DNA of 63,324 nucleotides, the filler included, from Octopus bimaculoides (lineage: Eukaryota): NCBI RefSeq assembly GCF_001194135.2. It is 6 parts of 5 records of this genome, joined end to end, with 100 filler letters (N's around TTAATTAATTAA, not from the genome) between each part and the next. Parts side by side here need not be neighbours in the genome. Positions count along the whole stretch, not along the records: positions 1 to 16,167 come from NC_068992.1; 5 more parts are not named here. One strand, given 5' to 3'. A program made the position numbers and the translations under genes. The notes beneath the pieces are model-generated. The model worked only from the letters and a program-made list of their open reading frames with translations, was not told where the DNA came from and ran no database searches. This document shows positions 1 through 12,414 of this stretch, piece by piece (within the stretch, counting starts at the first letter, position 1; each line of letters starts with the position of its first letter).

Positions 1-305
1 ACCTGTAGAAAAAAAAAAAAGGTAATGTAAAAGGAGAAAGGGCTCTGTACCCCTTTCTTATTTTTTTCTGACCAGGCTCCCGTGGTTTTATGGGTTTTTC
101 CACGTGTAACCTTTCCTTTTTCGAAGCGCCTCCCCCTTTGGGAGTTCTACTTATTTATTTATCTATTATATCTTTCTCCGTTTTCTTCCTCTGTTTAGAC
201 GAACTTTCCTACCTTTTCGGACAAAACCTTTTGTAACCTTCGTCCTGTCTTTTTACTTATATGTTTTTAATTGATATTAGCCCTTGTGGCCAATAAAACG
301 AATTA
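1..305 (+). mobile_element. Probable 3' UTR/tail of a non-LTR retrotransposon
   Basis: Pyrimidine-rich tract ending in cccttgtggccAATAAAacgaatt followed by (TTA)n. No coding part in the window, so the family assignment is inference. Confidence 0.3.
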
Positions 306-578
306 ATTATTATTATTATTATTATTCAGGTCACTGCTTGGAATAAAACTAGGAATCTTGGGGTTAGTAGCCTCTGCTCTTAACCACTACACCATATGCC
401 CGTGGACAATTATGGAGTGAATTTTAGGGCTTATAAATCTAATATGCTAGGACACAACAACCTCCTAAGCAGACCGAGTGCAAATATGAATAGTATCGGT
501 ATTAAGGGAACCGGTATTAAGGAAGGATAAGAAAATATTAGATTTATAAGCCCTAAAATTCACTCCATAATCTCCCAC

Positions 579-652
579 GGGCATATGGCATTGCAGTTAA
601 GAGCGCGAGTTACTAACCCCAAGATTCCGAGTTCGATTCCAAGCAGTAACCT
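579..652 (+). other. tRNA-derived sequence inside the PLE terminal repeat (not a functional tRNA)
   Basis: GGGCATATGGC..AG..GTTAAGAGCGC..anticodon-arm..AGATTCCGAGTTCGATTCC with A-box-like and B-box-like motifs. Other copies: 328-401(-), 3783-3856(-), 31278-31351(-), 34172-34245(-), 34757-34830(+). Confidence 0.75.
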
Positions 653-720
653 GAACAATAATAATAATAACATCGAAAAATACCTTAGGAATGTGAACCT
701 AGGTTCGAAATTTCCCTAAG

Positions 721-764
721 ACACCTGATGAAGGCTAGAGGGTATATCAGCCGAAACGTTGTGT
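721..764 (+). ncRNA. Minimal type I hammerhead ribozyme
   Basis: ACAC-CTGATGA-A-GGCT..loop..AGCC-GAAAC-GTT-GTGT. Core CUGAUGA/GAAA, stem I ACAC/GTGT, stem II GGCT/AGCC, palindromic ACGT stem III, GUU cleavage triplet. Confidence 0.75.
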
Positions 765-879
765 TAACAACAAACAAGATGAGGACGAATATGCGTCAAA
801 TGTAAATAATGTACATAATTCCTCGTCTCTTAAATATGGGATTGGAAAGTTTTAAAATTCCAAATTTTTACAATTTGTC

Positions 880-3500
880 AGGGTGATTAACCTATCACCA
901 TTGTCCAACGTATCCCAATTTCTCTCTTGGATGGCCATATATAGCCAGTTCCATTCATTTGTAGCATTCTCTCTACAACCATTGACTGTTTTACAAACAT
1001 ACTATGTGACAGATATCTCGTCTCCAGCCGGATTTTACTATTGAGGTGATAGTTGAAATAATTAAGCAACCCTTAACCAGAGATGAAGGTACCTGTTGCA
1101 ATTCCTCTTTGACACGTTCTCCAAACTGTCTCTTTCAGCCTGGCTACTACACAGAGAAAAACAGGCCTTCATCTCTCTGTTTAAGGAGGAAGGTGGCACA
1201 ATCTTGATAATAGATTCAGCTGATAGTTGTAATCTTTCCATTGTCGGCAACAGCTGTTTGATATAGGCTATCAGTTCCCTGATTTCTGCACACTGCACGA
1301 AGGCATCTAGAACAGTTTTACCATCCCACCCACACCTCAGACATGTCGGTGGGATGGCAAAACCATGCCACAATAGCCTTTCTTGAACAGGTAAAGCAGA
1401 TCAGTAACACAACCAGGCCAGGGATTTCTCGTAATTTTCCATGTACCCTGGCCTGAAAGTTCTAAACAGGTTGATCAACTGATTTCCGTCAAACCCATAG
1501 TCTTCCCCAGGACATCATCTGATATAAACTCTACCAGTCTACTATAGAAATCTGCAATGGAACTCCAGCTGCTGGCACTGTCCAGCAAAGAGAGTGGCAT
1601 GAGTGCCTGTTGGCACTCTAGTTGCCAATCACCCTGTCTAAGTCTACACCTGATCCATGGATCTAAGTCTCGTAGGGAGGTCAATTGTGGGAAGAAAAAC
1701 AACACAAGCGGTGACCACACCTGGTCACCAGCTAGGTACTGCAAGAGGTGCCTAAGCCTTAGTGCAAACTTGCGCATTTTCAGCCATGGCATCCTTAGTC
1801 CATTCTTTAACGGTTTTTGACAGCAGACAGAGCATCTTACAAGTGGTCTCCCCCTCCACAAAAAGTGGAAGAGGAGGCACTCCAACTTGCTCAACCACGA
1901 ATCAGGGCAAGGCACAACAGTCAGGCAGTGAGTAATAACAGATGCTATGTACATTTGTGTCACCTTCACCCTTTCTAGCAGAGATAATGCCCTTCCAGAC
2001 CAGGTCTGGATTAGAGCAGTCACCTTGCTTGTGACCTCACTCTAATTCTTCTCTATCTGAAGGTCTGGATTGAACCAGACTCCTAGCATTTTAGCAGCAC
2101 CTTCCATCTAACATCTCATGACGTTATTGGACAGCATCGACTTGCCCCTCTAGGTGCCTAATTGCAAGCCGACTGACCTATCCTGGTTAATTTCTCTTCC
2201 TGCCACTGCTTCATATATTTTGATGGCGTTTTCTACACGAGGTAGCTGCCCTTCATCAGACACAACGATGGTGATGTTATCCACATACATGGGAGCCGTT
2301 CCTCCACAACTCAGGTCATGCAGAATGCCCCCTAAAGCCCCCATCCTTCGCAGTAATGGCTCAAGAACCAGCACATGCAAAATCGCACATGCATGATCGC
2401 CTGATGTTGAATGGTTTCAAAATCCGTTCACCCATACGACAGACTCAATGTTGATGTACAAAGCAGTGATCCTGCTGCAGAAAGTCAGATCCAGCTCGAC
2501 CCTATCGAAAGCTTTAGACTGATCTAAATTTATCAGTCTTCCACCTTTGCCAGACATTTTACCCACCTGCTCAAATGTGTAGCGTATGATGTGGAAATTG
2601 TCATGTATCATCCTCCCCATGTATGTCCACGACCCACGCCAACCTTTTTGCTAACACCTTGGCCCAAATCTTTAACTCTGTGTTCCGCTGAGTTATGGGC
2701 CGAAAATTACTAATAATGTCCTCCTTGCTTGGATCCTTTCTGATCAGCGTCACCACCCCTGGCGCACAGACCTGAGAATTTTCCCATTCTGCCTCCAGTT
2801 GGCATAGACACTGGCCAGTAGGTGCCCGAACAAGTCTGGCATACTTTTGTAAAACTTGGATGTCAAATTACGAAGTCCCAGCAACTTGACCCCGGGCAAC
2901 CACAAAGTGCCTCTATGACTTCCGTAGCCGTGATCAGTCCTTCGCATCACTCAGTCTCTTGTGCTAAGAAATGCGAGCCACCAGCCAGGAAGTCCGAAGG
3001 GCCTCACCATGGTCCAACGCAATGCCTCTCCCGAACAACTCAGCAAAGTGCTTGTGAAAGACTTCACACATCTTGTCTTGTCTTCCAATCAAACGCACAT
3101 GTACATCAACCAAAGATCTAATTGTGGCATCATTGCCACACTGGGTCTCTACCGAATGGGCCCACCTGGCAACGTTAATTCCCTCACGGCCCAATGCATG
3201 AACTTTAGCTTGAAACCCCGTATCTGGCTTTGAGGTGACGGTCTAAGGCCGATCTCGCTACCAGCACCTTGGATGCAGAGCCCAATTTTAACGCCCCTTC
3301 TAAGTCCTTGACTAGGTCCCCTTCTACTCTATGCTTATCTAAACTTAGCTGCTGGCTAAATCTAATCGACTTGAGTCGAATGGTTCACTTGAGGGCAAAC
3401 CACCACCTGTTATTTACCACAGTGTCAGTTAATGCCTTCATGACTAACTCCTTAATGCGGCTACAGTATGCTTCTCAAGTCAAAATAGACTTGTTTAGTT
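880..3500 (-). mobile_element. Tx1/L1-clade LINE ORF2 remnant (RT and C-terminal zinc knuckle), frameshifted
   Basis: ORF pieces GGRLINLDQSKAFDRVE, MYVDNITIVVSD (YADD-like), LSLLERVKV...CLTVVPCP and CLRCG...TVLDAFVQC (CCHC-like). Confidence 0.85.
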
Positions 3501-3600
3501 TCCAGTAGCTGGATTCTTGTTTATGAGTTCTACTTATGTTCATCCTAGCTTTCGATCCGTGTAAGAGATCAGAAAAAATTGTGGACAACTAAAACTAGAC

Positions 3601-3860
3601 TTTATTTACATTATTTACATATTTGTCCTCATCTTGTTTGTTGTTAACACAATGTTTCGGCTGATATACCCTCTAACCTTCATCAGATGTCTTGGGGAAA
3701 TTTTGAACCTGGGTTCTCATTCCTAATGTATTTTTCGATGTTGTTGTTGTTGTTGCTGTTGTTGCTGTTGTTATTATTATTCAGGTGACTGCCTGGAATT
3801 GAACTTGGAATCTTGGGGTTAGTAGCCCACGCTCTTAACCACTGCACCATATGCCCGTGG
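3601..3860 (-). mobile_element. Stand-alone tRNA-head + (AAT/AAC)n + HHR cassette of the PLE family
   Basis: Reverse complement of 575-810. Starts about 5 nt upstream of the tRNA-like head. HHR at 3647-3690 has stem III changed to GAAACATT. Confidence 0.75.
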
Positions 3861-4429
3861 GTTGATTTGTTTGACTAAAATACCCATGAAGATGGTGCCC
3901 CAGAATGGCTGCACACAAATGACTCGAACAAGAAAGGATAATATACATGTAAAGGTACATTCATAGTTGGATTGAGAAAATTAACTCTAAAACAGAAACT
4001 GTCACTTGAATGTAGAAGGTATGCATGTAGCATTTGTTGTTGAGAATTCTGTTAAACAGTTTTGGAACAGTAGGACTTTTTATGGCTATTTCTTTTTCAT
4101 CAATTTACCATTGAGACATTCTGACTTAGTCAAAAGAGTCAAGTGCATACACTACTGTACAAAGCGTGTTACTGTGAATGTTGTCAACAAATGTTGCTCA
4201 GAAATATTAAGTTAACTTAATGAAAAAGAAAATACAATTTGTAAGTCAAATGCTTGTAGGTGGTTTGCTACTCATTTTCATTCTGTAATTTCTTGGCTTG
4301 TGTAGATCTGTTCTTTGAGAAATTTATGATACACACATGCTTAGCTTTAATTGAAAGGACTGAACATACAACAATGTGATATACACTCAGGGCTTTAAAA
4401 GTATTTCAATTTAAAAACAGTAACAAGCC

Positions 4430-4620
4430 AGGCGTGGCTATAGGCACAAATGTGACTTGTGGCAAAAAAATTGCTTACCAACAACATTGTTCTGGGCTAA
4501 GTCTCAATGCATGGCTCTTTGGGCAAGTATTTTCTACTATAGCTTTGTGCTAACCAAAGTCTTGTGAGTGGATTTGATAGATGGAAACTGAAAGAAGCCC
4601 ATCGTGAGGGACTCGACTCC
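4430..4620 (+). mobile_element. tRNA-derived SINE, 5' half, decayed
   Basis: ggcgtggct..ttgcttaccaac..ttgggcaagtattttctactatag..gtgagtggatttg..ggaaactgaaagaagccc, homologous to 23405-23565. Confidence 0.7.
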
Positions 4621-4833
4621 CTGTTCAAAAATATAAGGACACAGATATTGTGTCATATAGCCAGTCAGAAACAATGTTTCCTGGGGCTAAACAATAGTAA
4701 CAATCGTCCCTTCCAGGGCAGCCACATTATGTTGGCAAATAGTCTTTACTTTAAAGAACTGTTACTGAATATCTCTCTTTGAGAGGTTTAGAAATAATAA
4801 TGTTTATATAGATTTATGTATATATATATATAT

Positions 4834-5570
4834 NNNNNNNNNNNNNNNNNNNNNNNNNNNNNNNNNNNNNNNNNNNNNNNNNNNNNNNNNNNNNNNNNNN
4901 NNNNNNNNNNNNNNNNNNNNNNNNNNNNNNNNNNNNNNNNNNNNNNNNNNNNNNNNNNNNNNNNNNNNNNNNNNNNNNNNNNNNNNNNNNNNNNNNNNNN
5001 NNNNNNNNNNNNNNNNNNNNNNNNNNNNNNNNNNNNNNNNNNNNNNNNNNNNNNNNNNNNNNNNNNNNNNNNNNNNNNNNNNNNNNNNNNNNNNNNNNNN
5101 NNNNNNNNNNNNNNNNNNNNNNNNNNNNNNNNNNNNNNNNNNNNNNNNNNNNNNNNNNNNNNNNNNNNNNNNNNNNNNNNNNNNNNNNNNNNNNNNNNNN
5201 NNNNNNNNNNNNNNNNNNNNNNNNNNNNNNNNNNNNNNNNNNNNNNNNNNNNNNNNNNNNNNNNNNNNNNNNNNNNNNNNNNNNNNNNNNNNNNNNNNNN
5301 NNNNNNNNNNNNNNNNNNNNNNNNNNNNNNNNNNNNNNNNNNNNNNNNNNNNNNNNNNNNNNNNNNNNNNNNNNNNNNNNNNNNNNNNNNNNNNNNNNNN
5401 NNNNNNNNNNNNNNNNNNNNNNNNNNNNNNNNNNNNNNNNNNNNNNNNNNNNNNNNNNNNNNNNNNNNNNNNNNNNNNNNNNNNNNNNNNNNNNNNNNNN
5501 NNNNNNNNNNNNNNNNNNNNNNNNNNNNNNNNNNNNNNNNNNNNNNNNNNNNNNNNNNNNNNNNNNNNNN
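4834..5570. other. Assembly gap (one of many N runs; others include about 8838-9645, 11801-12373, 48693-49087, 55771-55941 and 61661-62434)
   Basis: N characters in the sequence. Confidence 0.99.
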
Positions 5571-5711
5571 NATACAGGAGTAAATGTAAGGATAAGCAAG
5601 TCGATATACCAAAAAATATTAACTACATTTAATACAAAAAATGTACATATGTTTACAGAGAATAGAAATGATATCAGGAAATAAAGGAGCTTAAAAAGAG
5701 TTTTACGAGTG

Positions 5712-5939
5712 CAACAGCTGTCTCTGAGGATTTGGTGGTCCAAAATAATGATTGTAAATTGATTCCATCATTGGATAATGCCAGCCTCCGTCTTCAGGGA
5801 AGATTAAAGATGGAATCTTCTTTCTGTCAACACCTCAAATGTAAAATTCTTCCCTGAAGACGGAGACTGGCATTATCCAATGATGGAATCAATTTACAAT
5901 CATTATTTTGTACCACCAAACCCCCAGAAACAGCTGTTG
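5712..5939. repeat. Inverted repeat (arms 5712-5803 and 5848-5939) with HHR-like motifs
   Basis: The roughly 92-bp arms are near-identical reverse complements. The right arm reads TTCC-CTGAAGA-CGGAG...CCCCA-GAAAC-AGCT-GTT-GG. Confidence 0.8.
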
Positions 5940-6185
5940 GCTTCATAAAAATCTTTTTCAAACCCTTTAATTCCAGATATCATTATATCTGTGTAAGTTG
6001 GACCTTCTTATATGTAAACATATGTGCATTTTTGTATTAAATGTATTTAATATTTGCCTAACTTACTTAGCCTTACATTTTCTCCTCTAACCACTCAAGT
6101 TTAAATCTCTTGAGCACTACAAGTCTATTCTATACAGGGAATATTTGTCTCTCTCATCTCTCTTCCCCTTCTCTTGCCTTCTCTT

Positions 6186-6224
<39 letters not shown>

Positions 6225-6269
6225 ATATTTTTGATGGATGGATGAATGGATGTGTGTGTCTGTGTTTAT

Positions 6270-6430
6270 AACCCATCACTGCTTGACAACCTGTGTTGGT
6301 GTGTTTATGCACCCATAACTTAGTGGTTCAGCAAAAGAAACTGATAGATGAAGTACTAGGACTTAAAAATAAGTTCTGGGGTCAATTTGTAGCATAGCCA
6401 CAGTCAAATGACTGAAACAAGTAAACGAAT
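6270..6430 (+). mobile_element. SINE 3' half
   Basis: ccatcactgcttgacaac..gtgttggtgtgtttat..gcaaaagaaactgatag..aagtactagg..cacagtcaaatgactgaaacaagtaa, homologous to 23910-24100. Confidence 0.7.
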
Positions 6431-8027
6431 AACTAAATTGTGATCATGAAGATACTGATAAGAAAGAGTTCCTCATTGTTGCTGCTGCTATGTAAGACAG
6501 AACATATGTAGAAGAAAGGCTTCTTTTAAAATTTTCAGTTTATTAACAAGCATAATTTTCAGAACTCTGTTCCAAATGGAATAATACTCTATTGATTTTT
6601 TGCTTCACAATTGCAATTAAATTTGTCAGTTGTGAGAGGTATTTTATATATTAAGAGTGATAGATAATTCCTTGAAAGCTACACAGAATGCCTTGTATTT
6701 GGGATCTTGCCATGCTATCAGTAGAACAACAATTGGCTGACAAAATAAAATTAGATGTTGTCATCAAATATAGAAAAGAGAGAAAAATAACTTTGTAGGT
6801 TGTGAAATAAACATAGTATTCTAATTTGTTTCATTTCTTTTTCTACGCATGTCATTTTCTTTTTTGCTTAAGTTTGATGTATATTTTGTGTTTCTTTTAC
6901 GTTAGGAACAAAATTAAGGACTACCCCGGATGGCACAAACTCTTGCTACATCACTGCACTATATGTCATGGTATACTGATGTCCATTTCATCTGTTTTCT
7001 ATCAGGCAATCACTAGCTTATTATTTCTAATGGTTAATCTTATTTTGAGTTCAGCCGGTTTTGTAAATTATTTCTAAACATCAAAGGACATTATCTTGAA
7101 GAAAGCTTGTACTTAGCCTGCTAGAAAAAGCAACCAAATATTCCATAAATTTTATCTGACATATTTGAAATGACAAGAAGGCAGTGGATATTGTAGACGT
7201 AGATATGCAATATCCTGAAGAATGCAATAGGTGTGGTCATAGATCTTCTCAGTCAGGTTTCAAATGTAGCTAAACAACAACAAAACTTTTCCTACCTTAC
7301 TATTCTAAGGCAAAATATAGTCAAAGGAAACAAAAGGCAATGTGATGCACATCGCCAAAACATTTCTCTAAATAAACTAAAATCTCTGTTTAATAAGTTA
7401 CCACATTATTTTATAGGCCATTTCCTACTCATTTCATTTAACTCCTACTGCAATGATTTCACACTCTCATTAGATAACTTTTTTGGTGGGGAGAAACTAT
7501 AACTTTTATACAGTAATTGTAATTTCCTTTCATATTTGATGCCATTGGAGAATTTCTGTCAGGGAAAATCAGATTAAATTTCACTGCATAAGAGCTAAAA
7601 GCAATTTAAAAAGGTATTGAATCCTTTTTTATACAATTGCAAAGTAAGTTTGTTAAATTACTTACATTGCAAATCAATTTGTTGATTTGACATTATTTAC
7701 ATCAATAGGTGTTTCAAGAATGGAAAATTTAAACTAACAATCAATAAAATAAATGGTCATTTTCTTTTTTTATAGAATTTCTTTTCTTTAATTATGTAGA
7801 ATTAAATATTGCTTCTGAAAATTTAATATATTTAGCCCAAATTTTCTCTCTAGATTTGTGATAATGTTTGTTCTAATGGCCTACTTATAAAAAGTTGGTA
7901 TTTCTGCTTTAGCTATTGATTTTTGATTTTTTCTTTATAAAAGTTCTGGCTACCAAATATTGATCTAGAACTACAAGACATAATCTCATCATTTGCAATC
8001 TACTTACTGACTCATCAATATCTGTGA

Positions 8028-8061
<34 letters not shown>

Positions 8062-9660
8062 TTATCTATCTATCAACCTAACAATCAATTTATATTAGTT
8101 TCCTTTGTAATGTATTTGTGCATATGTATGCATATTTATATATATATATCTATACTATATATAAAACAGAGATGTGTGTGTAATCGCTTTTCACGTGAAA
8201 TCGACTTCACCAAATGCTTCCATACTTGTAAAGAATGAATAATTTGACCTCGGATAAATCTTAGCCTCTTCATTTGATTTTTTTAATTAAAAATAAATAA
8301 TATTGCTTTATATTTAAGATTCACTTCTTTAAAAAGGTTCCTCAATGTCAACTTCCAGTATTGACGTAACAACCGCAAAAAAGCTTCACTCTCTATTTTG
8401 TGTGTATGAGAGAGAGAGAATAAATACTACATACACACCGCTCTCTCACTCTGTCTCACACACATATACGCGCACACACACACATCCCTTGACTCACTCA
8501 CACTCTGTCTCTTACAAACACACACATACATAAATGTATACAAACATATTTACAAAGACAGACGTGTGTATGAGCGCGCGTGCGTATTTGTAAGATACAT
8601 AGTGTGAGTGAGTCAAGGGCTGTGTTGTCATTTGCATACATCCAAAGATGTATGTATATTTATGCATGTACGTATACATGACAACAAACCTCTCTCTCTC
8701 ACTCACACTCTGTCTCTTACAAATACACACATACATAAATGTATACAAACATATTTACAAAGACACACGTGTGTATGCGTGCGCGCGTGCGTGCGTGCTT
8801 GGTGGGGGCTCCACAATCGCCATTTATTTCAATTACTNNNNNNNNNNNNNNNNNNNNNNNNNNNNNNNNNNNNNNNNNNNNNNNNNNNNNNNNNNNNNNN
8901 NNNNNNNNNNNNNNNNNNNNNNNNNNNNNNNNNNNNNNNNNNNNNNNNNNNNNNNNNNNNNNNNNNNNNNNNNNNNNNNNNNNNNNNNNNNNNNNNNNNN
9001 NNNNNNNNNNNNNNNNNNNNNNNNNNNNNNNNNNNNNNNNNNNNNNNNNNNNNNNNNNNNNNNNNNNNNNNNNNNNNNNNNNNNNNNNNNNNNNNNNNNN
9101 NNNNNNNNNNNNNNNNNNNNNNNNNNNNNNNNNNNNNNNNNNNNNNNNNNNNNNNNNNNNNNNNNNNNNNNNNNNNNNNNNNNNNNNNNNNNNNNNNNNN
9201 NNNNNNNNNNNNNNNNNNNNNNNNNNNNNNNNNNNNNNNNNNNNNNNNNNNNNNNNNNNNNNNNNNNNNNNNNNNNNNNNNNNNNNNNNNNNNNNNNNNN
9301 NNNNNNNNNNNNNNNNNNNNNNNNNNNNNNNNNNNNNNNNNNNNNNNNNNNNNNNNNNNNNNNNNNNNNNNNNNNNNNNNNNNNNNNNNNNNNNNNNNNN
9401 NNNNNNNNNNNNNNNNNNNNNNNNNNNNNNNNNNNNNNNNNNNNNNNNNNNNNNNNNNNNNNNNNNNNNNNNNNNNNNNNNNNNNNNNNNNNNNNNNNNN
9501 NNNNNNNNNNNNNNNNNNNNNNNNNNNNNNNNNNNNNNNNNNNNNNNNNNNNNNNNNNNNNNNNNNNNNNNNNNNNNNNNNNNNNNNNNNNNNNNNNNNN
9601 NNNNNNNNNNNNNNNNNNNNNNNNNNNNNNNNNNNNNNNNNNNNNGGGTGCCTCTGCTAG

Positions 9661-9697
<37 letters not shown>

Positions 9698-10123
9698 CAT
9701 GTTAATACACATATGAATGTGTGTGTGTGTGTGTCACTAGATTATAGTAGTAAGCACCTTACAACATGAGTACCACTTTCTGAGTCTCTGAGAATAAGTA
9801 CTTGATGACAGGTACTAATGATCGATATTAGCATGAACCTGTTTTACATTAGAATATACCTCTCCTGCAAAGATGCTGTGATAACAGTTAAAGATCCCTC
9901 ACTTTTTGTAGATTTACTTGGATAGCCATTGATTTACCTGAGTCCTTCTGCTCTTTGATGGTTCCTATTTTGCATCCTGGAGAATGCTCAAAAAATTCCC
10001 ATACTCACCAAATTAGTCTTAGTCATATTATCTGCTTATTCACCAATGATGCAACCATGCAGCAAGCTGTATTGGGTTACATGATACCAGCAGCACTTAT
10101 GAGAAACTTGAGGATTAATTGAT

Positions 10124-10260
10124 ATGATATTCTCTGTGAGACAGATACAAGAGAAATGTATTGAACAGCAGGTGCCTTTATATCAAGATTTTGTCGATTT
10201 AATGAAAGCATTTGATGCAGTTAACAGAGATGCACTTTGGACAATCTTTGGAAAGTTTTT
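10124..10260 (+). mobile_element. RTE-clade LINE reverse transcriptase fragment
   Basis: IFSVRQIQEKCIEQQVPLYQDFVDLMKAFDAVNRDALW matches the RTE motif RQLQEK...FVDL.KAFD. Confidence 0.8.
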
Positions 10261-10460
10261 TTTAAATGCATCTTATAGGCTTACTCTTTCAAAGACCTGT
10301 GTACTGAAAAAAATCCTTTATATGGAAAGTGGGTAAGGGTTAGCAACAAAAAAAAAGCATGTAATCAAAGAATCTTACCTTAAATAATTCCTTGTCCAAA
10401 CTTCTGTTAGCATAAGAAAATGGACACAACAGAAGTGAATGAAATATATGTGTACAAACA

Positions 10461-10544
<84 letters not shown>

Positions 10545-11637
10545 TTTGCGTGTATGTCCATATAAATTAGATGTGAGTCTTTTTCACTTGTGATTTGACT
10601 TCAGTAAACGGGAAAATTGACAAAATAGAAAAAGTATAGTACAAAGAAATAGAATTTTGATTTGGAGCATCATGTGTGTGTGTACATATACAATGAAATA
10701 TTCAAACTATATAGTCTCACTTTGTCTTACTATGTTAAACATATAATTGAACATATACACTATTGTGCAAGAGTTACTTGAGCCATAAAAGTCAGTTGCA
10801 AATGACAAAAGTGTCATCAGCAGTCAGAATTTTTGTGAAAGAAAATATTCATTATATTATATGTGTCATCTATTTGCTTACATGTATACCATAGAGACAA
10901 AAGCGAAATCTACTAAGAATTATTGAGAAGATGCAAAATTTCTAGTAATAATAATAATAACATAAAATCAGAACAATGTCTATGAGTGACAACAACACAC
11001 TTGGTAGCATCCCAAAGAAAATAAAGAACAATAAGATAAGAATTAAAAATTTTTTTTTTGTTTGCATTACTACATGTTTATATTTGCTGAATATCATATA
11101 ATAAGGAAACAAGATGATCCCACAACAATCACAAAACACTATAGTAAAGCCATTGAAAAAATTATCAAATGCAGTAGTAGCATGGTTCTGGATTTCATGC
11201 CACTGCATGGCACCTTGGGCTAGTCTCTTGTCACAGCCTCAAACTGATCCACTATGTTACAAGTGGAATTTGGTTAATGGAAACTTAAAACTCATCATAT
11301 ATGTGTATATATCCATGCATGTATGTTTTGCAGCATTCCGCTAAATCATCCATAGATTTTTATAATAAATACATATATGCTGGCAGGCAGAATTAGCTGA
11401 ACATGTGATGATCAAGCAGTCCTCACTGACCATGTCTTATGGAATAGACTAAGTTAGACATTTAGTCTGGAGATTTTCAAATCAGTATGGAGTGGTTGCC
11501 TCCCCTGTCAGCATGTGAGTATGTCTGTGGTCTTCCTAGAGCATTAAGAGTATTTCTTATTTCTAGCAATGTAGGTACATTGCCACACTCAGTGACAATT
11601 GAATTTTTCCTTTGTGGTATAACATTGCAGCTAGCTG

Positions 11638-11685
<48 letters not shown>

Positions 11686-12373
11686 AGTCAGTAAATAGTG
11701 GGGTTGTGTTAACCGCACGTGGAGAAATAATAGGAAAATGAAAAATAATAAAAAGGCAGAATGCTAAACTGAAAGCATATTTTAATATAGATGCATAAAA
11801 NNNNNNNNNNNNNNNNNNNNNNNNNNNNNNNNNNNNNNNNNNNNNNNNNNNNNNNNNNNNNNNNNNNNNNNNNNNNNNNNNNNNNNNNNNNNNNNNNNNN
11901 NNNNNNNNNNNNNNNNNNNNNNNNNNNNNNNNNNNNNNNNNNNNNNNNNNNNNNNNNNNNNNNNNNNNNNNNNNNNNNNNNNNNNNNNNNNNNNNNNNNN
12001 NNNNNNNNNNNNNNNNNNNNNNNNNNNNNNNNNNNNNNNNNNNNNNNNNNNNNNNNNNNNNNNNNNNNNNNNNNNNNNNNNNNNNNNNNNNNNNNNNNNN
12101 NNNNNNNNNNNNNNNNNNNNNNNNNNNNNNNNNNNNNNNNNNNNNNNNNNNNNNNNNNNNNNNNNNNNNNNNNNNNNNNNNNNNNNNNNNNNNNNNNNNN
12201 NNNNNNNNNNNNNNNNNNNNNNNNNNNNNNNNNNNNNNNNNNNNNNNNNNNNNNNNNNNNNNNNNNNNNNNNNNNNNNNNNNNNNNNNNNNNNNNNNNNN
12301 NNNNNNNNNNNNNNNNNNNNNNNNNNNNNNNNNNNNNNNNNNNNNNNNNNNNNNNNNNNNNNNNNNNNNNNNN

Positions 12374-12414
<41 letters not shown>

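Larger units (their letters stand above)
322..837. mobile_element. Penelope-like element terminal repeat in fold-back arrangement (antisense arm 322-445, sense arm 442-837)
   Basis: The sense arm encodes the GIY-YIG tail (MLGHNNLLSRPSA, same as ORFs 31381-31611 and 34275-34640), then 3' UTR, tRNA-like head, (AAT)n and HHR. The antisense arm repeats the UTR and tRNA-like head in reverse. Confidence 0.8.

Noticed and set aside
4788-5743. Long ORFs made of X residues (also 8608-9769, 11782-12474, 48515-49215, 55557-56163, 61511-62505)
   Set aside because: They are open only because Ns contain no stop codons.
8440-8800. Local direct and inverted rearrangement of CA/CT-rich sequence
   Set aside because: Low-complexity slippage next to a gap, with no further structure.
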